Assembly: GCA_041287245.1 (NCBI GenBank)
Contig: JBEULP010000071.1
Coordinates: forward strand, 1-64,000
Reading direction: 5' to 3'
Source: Infirmifilum sp.
Lineage (GTDB): Archaea > Thermoproteota > Thermoprotei > Thermofilales > Thermofilaceae
DNA length: 64,000 nt
In this document: piece after piece, positions 59,179 to 64,000 of the stretch
Numbering within the stretch: the first letter of the stretch is position 1
Layout: each line of letters starts with the position of its first letter
The notes under the pieces: model-generated
The model's database searches: none
Seen by the model: the letters and a program-made list of their open reading frames with translations, nothing else
What the model was told of the DNA's origin: nothing
Made by a program: the position numbers and the translations under genes

Positions 59179-60980
59179 CTCTCGACGTGGAAGGTTCCCT
59201 GGGGCAGGTGCCGTAAGACTTCTTCGAGCTTAACCTTCACGTTGCACTCCCTCTTCAGAGATTCTACTATTTTCCGGGCTGTCAACTCTCGGGAGAGAGG
59301 CCCAGGGGTAAGCTTCACGTAGCATCCTTTCTCAGGGGTTCTTAGCGCCGGTATAGCCTCTAAGCCGGTCTCGCCTACACCGATCAGTAGCTCTAGAGAA
59401 ACTCCCCGTATCCAGTTTCTCTTACCGTATATCATGAACGCGCCCTTACCTAGGTACTCTCCGCTCGGAGCAGCCTTCGAGACCTGGCTTGAGTGAACCC
59501 AGTATACATCTATGGCTAGCAGCCCAGCCTTCCATGCGCTGCTGTAGCAAGCGGCGAACTGGGCGGCTTCAAGGATATCCTTCTCAGGCACCTCTCGACC
59601 CCCAGTTTTTATGATCACTGCGGGGGCACCGTGTATATCTGCGTGTAGGAACAAGTCTTGTTCACCCATGTACCTTCTTACGAGAAGCTCGTTTTGCCCC
59701 GCAGATTTCCCGGCGACTACGAGAAAACCGTTGGATGTGACGAAGTGCCTGAAGTCCTTGTACCATGGCCCTCCGGCTCGCCTGATAGGCTTCACAACTA
59801 CAAGCTCAGGCTCTTGTCCCCGCGACCCCAGTTCACTCACTTTGCCCCTAAGGGATTTAGCCTTCCCATATAACTCCCCAGCATTTGCGTAAGCGGATTT
59901 TCGAGCGTCAACCTCAACCTCAACACCCTGGAGTTCGACTACTATTAGCCACCTCTCGTGCTTGAAGCCCTTAACCTCTGGGAACCTCCCGGAAATCTCG
60001 CGCTCTATGCCACCCCAGGGTGTCCCAGCGCCTCTGAGCTCACGGTATGCGTTTATTATCTCCTCAATCCTTGGGGCGTGCTCCCAAAGGAGCCTTGCAG
60101 AGGTCTCAAACTTTGAAAGCGCTTCCGAAGCCTTCTCAGCTGGACTCGGCTGTGCTGGTTTTTCTAAGGCATCTGATAGAATTAGCTTTGTCATGAATTC
60201 TGGGAAGACAGCTGTGAAGTCCACCTCCTCGGCTGGGACGCGCAGGTGCAGAGGCTTAAAGGGGTAAACAACCTTCACCCCCTCTAAGGCGACCGTGTAC
60301 CCCTTGCTCCTTTCAAGGAGAGAGTCAAGGTAAATAGACCTTGAAAGGTCAATTATCCTCAGCATACCCTCAAAATCGATAGCTCCTGAATAATCTAGGC
60401 CTAGCCTAAAGGCGGCCTCTAGGATAAGCTCGGGAGGCATGGAGGTGGCTTGGGCAAGGGCTGAGACAATGCTTTTTCGGCGAAGTTTTTGTGCTTTCTC
60501 GGCGACCTCTACGGGGGGAGTTGAAAAGTCCCCTAGCCTGGGAGGAGGCTTGTACTGTTCTCCTCTCCTAACAACACGGTCACGCATAGACTTTTGGTAC
60601 AAGGCGTTCAGAATCTTTCCGGAAGAGTCTAAGAGGATTATGTTCCCCTCCCGGACCCATTCGAGAACTACAGCACGGTTTCCAATATCAAGAGCTAAGA
60701 CTCTGTCGTCATTTACAATGCTCACAGCATGTATCCGCTTCCCCTCGACTTCGCGTAGAAGCGCACTGCGGGTTGAACCGGCCACCGCTATATTCTCGTG
60801 GGCGAGGCTGACCCCTCTCTTCGGACTGAACAGCATTGTTCCACTGGAAAGCTGGAAAAGGAACACTCCCTGTTTTTCCAGAACCTTGGCTACACGGGAC
60901 CCTTCCAGCTGGGCAAGCAAACCCCAAATCTTGTACAGGTCGAGCGTGCTCGCGCTAGACCGCAACTCGCCAACAGCCAC
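59163..60980 (-). CDS. rqcH: Ribosome quality-control factor RqcH/Rqc2 (NFACT)
   Basis: DDRVL, GNIILLD, AGKSAGQNE, HADIHGAP, SKAAPSGEYLGKGAFMIYG. Confidence 0.9.
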   Translation of the reverse strand: MAVGELRSSASTLDLYKIWGLLAQLEGSRVAKVLEKQGVFLFQLSSGTMLFSPKRGVSLAHENIAVAGSTRSALLREVEGKRIHAVSIVNDDRVLALDIGNRAVVLEWVREGNIILLDSSGKILNALYQKSMRDRVVRRGEQYKPPPRLGDFSTPPVEVAEKAQKLRRKSIVSALAQATSMPPELILEAAFRLGLDYSGAIDFEGMLRIIDLSRSIYLDSLLERSKGYTVALEGVKVVYPFKPLHLRVPAEEVDFTAVFPEFMTKLILSDALEKPAQPSPAEKASEALSKFETSARLLWEHAPRIEEIINAYRELRGAGTPWGGIEREISGRFPEVKGFKHERWLIVVELQGVEVEVDARKSAYANAGELYGKAKSLRGKVSELGSRGQEPELVVVKPIRRAGGPWYKDFRHFVTSNGFLVVAGKSAGQNELLVRRYMGEQDLFLHADIHGAPAVIIKTGGREVPEKDILEAAQFAACYSSAWKAGLLAIDVYWVHSSQVSKAAPSGEYLGKGAFMIYGKRNWIRGVSLELLIGVGETGLEAIPALRTPEKGCYVKLTPGPLSRELTARKIVESLKRECNVKVKLEEVLRHLPQGTFHVERWVKP

Positions 60981-61017
60981 ACCATGTTAACGCTCAGAAA
61001 CCTAAAAACCCTATCCC

Positions 61018-61545
61018 CTACACCTCAAATTCAAGGTCGAGTGGGTGGTAGAATTTCAAGCTCGCCCTGTTCCCCTCACGTTTTACATAAGCCCTGTGCG
61101 TAAAATATGCGGCAAAAACCTGTTCGCCGAAGCTCCTAGACCCCTCAGAGTAGTTCAAAAAGATCGAGCCCAAGCCCATGTGCGCCCTGTCCAACGCCAG
61201 GGCCAAGAGAGACGCCACAAGCCCCCACCTAGCCCTGTAGTCCAGCTCGAAGCCGTGGAAAACCCTTGGAATACTGTCCACAACTACAAGCCTTTGAGGG
61301 GCATGGGCGAAAACCGATAAGAGCGCCAGAGGATCGCCCCCGGTGTAGAACTTGACCCCACCCCACCCCTGAGCTCGGAAAAGCGTGTGGGAGTAGTCAA
61401 GATATAGTGTCTCGACGCCGAGGCTTGAGACAAGCTTGTATGCAAAGTCACGCCTGCCAGACCCCTGGGGGCCAGAAACCTCTAGGACAAAACCACTCCC
61501 CAGGACGTCGCGGATTCTACGGAGGCTCGACACCGTTTTCACCAA
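61018..61545 (-). CDS. Degenerate RecA/RadA-superfamily ATPase-like protein
   Basis: LEVSGPQGSGRR (Walker A, K replaced by R), LYLD, VVVDSI (Walker B). Confidence 0.7.
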   Translation of the reverse strand: MVKTVSSLRRIRDVLGSGFVLEVSGPQGSGRRDFAYKLVSSLGVETLYLDYSHTLFRAQGWGGVKFYTGGDPLALLSVFAHAPQRLVVVDSIPRVFHGFELDYRARWGLVASLLALALDRAHMGLGSIFLNYSEGSRSFGEQVFAAYFTHRAYVKREGNRASLKFYHPLDLEFEV

Positions 61546-62266
61546 TCCTGAAAACGCCTGAATAATGCCTCCAAGGGCTTGAGAGGACTACAGCTTCTCT
61601 AAGCTCGCCCCTCCGCCGAAGCATCACGCTTAGACAACCATAGGTGTCCAGCGCGGCGCCGCCAGCCGGGGCGAGACCATTGGTAGACACAACCTGCCTT
61701 GTAGCCGCCACCACGGCGCCAGCATTAGCCACGCGCCAAAGCGCCCGTAGAATTCTAGAATAGGCTTCGCTTCTCTCGCGCGGAACCAGGAGCTCGGAGC
61801 GCACAAGGCTTGTGAGCTCGTCTAGGACTAGGAGCCCATAGTCACCGGTTACGACTTCTCGGAAAGCCTTGTCTAGTAAGACGAGGAGGTGTTGTAGGCT
61901 ATGGGCCCTTGCATACGTGATGTTTGACAGGGCGCGGGCTGGGTCGAGGCCTCTAGCGGATGCTATCTTCACGACGCGCTCGGGGAAAAAGTCACCCGTG
62001 GTGTCTATGTATATTGCACGCGAGGCCAAGCCGCCCTGATCGGCTGGTAGCTGTACGTTAACCGATAGCTGGATGCAAAGCTGTGTTTTTCCGCTTCCGG
62101 CTTCGCCTGCTATATCATAAACACATCCCGGTTTTAGCCCTCCTGAGAAGAGAGAATCCAGAGTCGGGACATTCACACGTAATGTCGCCTTTGACACTAT
62201 ATGCTCTTGCGCCACATCAGGAGAGGGGGGGAGCTGGAGAACACCTAGAACATCTTCAACATTCAT
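61517..62266 (-). CDS. RadA paralogue lacking the N-terminal domain
   Basis: LDSLFSGG, GEAGSGKTQ, VNVQLPADQGGL, AIYIDT, LLVLD. Confidence 0.88.
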   Translation of the reverse strand: MNVEDVLGVLQLPPSPDVAQEHIVSKATLRVNVPTLDSLFSGGLKPGCVYDIAGEAGSGKTQLCIQLSVNVQLPADQGGLASRAIYIDTTGDFFPERVVKIASARGLDPARALSNITYARAHSLQHLLVLLDKAFREVVTGDYGLLVLDELTSLVRSELLVPRERSEAYSRILRALWRVANAGAVVAATRQVVSTNGLAPAGGAALDTYGCLSVMLRRRGELREAVVLSSPWRHYSGVFRIGENGVEPP

Positions 62267-62275
62267 AATGAACAG

Positions 62276-62298
62276 AAAAATGAAAAAAGGTAAAAAAA
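62276..62298 (-). terminator. Oligo(T) archaeal terminator after the S-layer-like gene
   Basis: Minus strand reads TTTTTTTACCTTTTTTCATTTTT shortly after the stop codon. Confidence 0.6.
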
Positions 62299-62319
62299 GG
62301 TATTTTTTTATTTTAGTTT

Positions 62320-64000
62320 TTACTGCTTTACTACCGTGCCTCCCTCAGCGGGAGCGATAACTTTTGCTAGTCTGCGGCGCCTGTAGAGGCTGTACTCGTG
62401 GGCAATTATGAAGATCACTAGGACGAGTAGTATGAGGAGCAGTATGAGTCCGAGGAACTCGCTGCTGCTCATCTCCCAGCCTGCTATGGTGAGGAATATG
62501 TCGAGCTTGAGCTCAGTAACGGTCTCCTTACCGCCGCTCACCGTTGCGGTCGCTGAGTCAGTCCTACCGCCCTTGCTCGCGGATACGGAGTACGAGCCCT
62601 GCGGTAGCTCAAGACTCACGACCCCGCTTGCGTCTGTGGTAAAGGTTCCGACGTTCTGGATACTTACGGTTGCGCCTTCGACGCCCTGGCCTCTAGCGCC
62701 GAGGACCTTCACTGTGAGCTTGCCTATCGTTGGAACTGTTACGCCGACGGCCGGCGCCCTGTCAACTGACGTTGTGTAGCCAACGTTGAGGCCCTTCCAC
62801 GTGTTAACGGTTATACCGACCTTGCCGGGCGGTACTTCCTTGACGGTTATACTGCCTGAGCTGTCGAGAGCGTCTGTTAAGCTCCTGCCGTCAGGTGTTG
62901 TTATCGTGACAGAGGCTCCTGCCATCGGTGTGCCGAATGGCGTTGTGAATGTGAGCTGCATGTCGTAGATGTCGAGCTTAACCTGGAAGATCTGGAGGCT
63001 TGTCTCAAACCTGCCCTTCTCGATCTTAATGCTCTGCTGTGCTATAGTGCCCACGCCCGCGAGGTCCACCTTGACCTGGTAGGCTCCGTGCGGCGCCTGT
63101 CCGTGGTCTGCGGGTGTCTCTGGGCTGTACTGGGCGCTTGGGGCAAAGTTTGCCGGCCAGCTTACAACCGTGTCTTTAGCAAGCCTGAGGATCACGCTGC
63201 CGTCAGAGGCTGGAGCTTGCTTTGTCACTGTGCCGTCAGGCCATGTCACAGTTACAGTGATCTTGTTGAGTATGCTCTGGCTCAGGGATCCGCCCTGAGC
63301 ATTGGTCAGGACGAGCTTGGCTACGTAGACGAACGTCTCCAGCGTGGTGCCGCTTCCAGGCGTGTATGTTCTCGGGGTGTCGTAGTCGGTTACAGTGTCG
63401 AAGATAGCTATCTCCTTGGGTATCTTGCCCGCAGCCCTAAGCAGGTAGCTGTCGCGCCAGTAGACAATAAGCTGGTAGGTCTGTGTGCCAGGCGGGACGT
63501 AGATTATTGTATTGCCGTTAGCGTTGGTGAAGTTGAGCGCGCTCGGGTAGGCCTTTGCAACCGGGGTCCTGAGGTAGGCTGCGACCATGGCGTTCTGCAA
63601 CGGCTTGCCCGACCAGTCGAACACTGTCACTAGTAACCCGCTCCAGCTGAGCGGGACGCACTTGCCGCCCGGCATGTTGTTGCTCAAGTTTAACAATACG
63701 GTCTTTGCCAGCGTGTCGGGGTCCATCACGTCTTGCGTCTTAAGCCCGTATGGGCTGAGGATGGGGTCGAAGTTCAGCTTCGTGGAGACCGTGTAGTAGA
63801 GCTGAGGCGTGGTTTTGCTGAGGAAGGCGACCTTGCCTGTGAACACGGGGAGACTGCCGACTGGCGTGTTAACTGTTGAGCCCTTGTCTGGGTAGAAGCT
63901 GACGGTCCCGTCTGCTCCAGTCGAGCCGGAGGCGAGGACGGCATAGGCGCCCGTGGCGCCGGTGACGGTGGCTGTTACAGGCTGGTTTGCGATAGGCACT
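62320..64000 (-). CDS. Large surface/S-layer-like protein with carboxypeptidase-regulatory repeats (5' end outside window)
   Basis: T/S/G/V-rich beta-sandwich repeats (VPPGK, LPQGSY), C-terminal TM and RRRR; GC-rich third codon positions by eye. Confidence 0.8.
   Translation of the reverse strand, partial: VPIANQPVTATVTGATGAYAVLASGSTGADGTVSFYPDKGSTVNTPVGSLPVFTGKVAFLSKTTPQLYYTVSTKLNFDPILSPYGLKTQDVMDPDTLAKTVLLNLSNNMPGGKCVPLSWSGLLVTVFDWSGKPLQNAMVAAYLRTPVAKAYPSALNFTNANGNTIIYVPPGTQTYQLIVYWRDSYLLRAAGKIPKEIAIFDTVTDYDTPRTYTPGSGTTLETFVYVAKLVLTNAQGGSLSQSILNKITVTVTWPDGTVTKQAPASDGSVILRLAKDTVVSWPANFAPSAQYSPETPADHGQAPHGAYQVKVDLAGVGTIAQQSIKIEKGRFETSLQIFQVKLDIYDMQLTFTTPFGTPMAGASVTITTPDGRSLTDALDSSGSITVKEVPPGKVGITVNTWKGLNVGYTTSVDRAPAVGVTVPTIGKLTVKVLGARGQGVEGATVSIQNVGTFTTDASGVVSLELPQGSYSVSASKGGRTDSATATVSGGKETVTELKLDIFLTIAGWEMSSSEFLGLILLLILLVLVIFIIAHEYSLYRRRRLAKVIAPAEGGTVVKQ

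Noticed and set aside
58400..64000. Apparently higher GC toward the window end as a sign of horizontal transfer
   Set aside because: Not quantified. The genes are core archaeal functions, and codon bias of a highly expressed surface protein could explain part of it.

Overview
Gene-dense archaeal chromosome segment, most consistent with a Thermoproteota (crenarchaeal) hyperthermophile of the Thermofilaceae type. This placement is inferred from class I LysRS, archaeal ThrRS/GluRS/DNA ligase, tRNAs with introns at non-canonical positions and many Ig-like surface proteins. Most of the window is housekeeping: aminoacyl-tRNA synthetases, IOR, mevalonate/isoprenoid genes (thiolase-HMGS-DUF35, AcnX pair, UppS, GGR-like), alpha-glucan genes (GlgA, GH57, maltokinase-like), glycolysis (pgk, a bacterial-type class I gap), RqcH and a partial S-layer-like gene. 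It also holds three intron-containing tRNAs and a good C/D-box sRNA candidate. No CRISPR array, rRNA or transposase was seen. Most notable: (1) two large surface proteins that share a CxxC-bearing beta-propeller-like head on Ig-like stalks, fused to glutaredoxin+CcdA or TlpA-like redox modules, a possible extracellular thiol-redox relay; (2) a tandem pair of degenerate RadA paralogues reminiscent of eukaryotic Rad51-paralogue heterodimers, heading an operon with rqcH; (3) a C/D sRNA whose guide fits U34 of tRNA-Gly(UCC); (4) a coiled-coil gene cluster with recent heptad duplications; (5) a SecB-like protein; (6) an apparent frameshift at the start of a zinc-finger gene. All product calls come from motif recognition by eye, not database searches.
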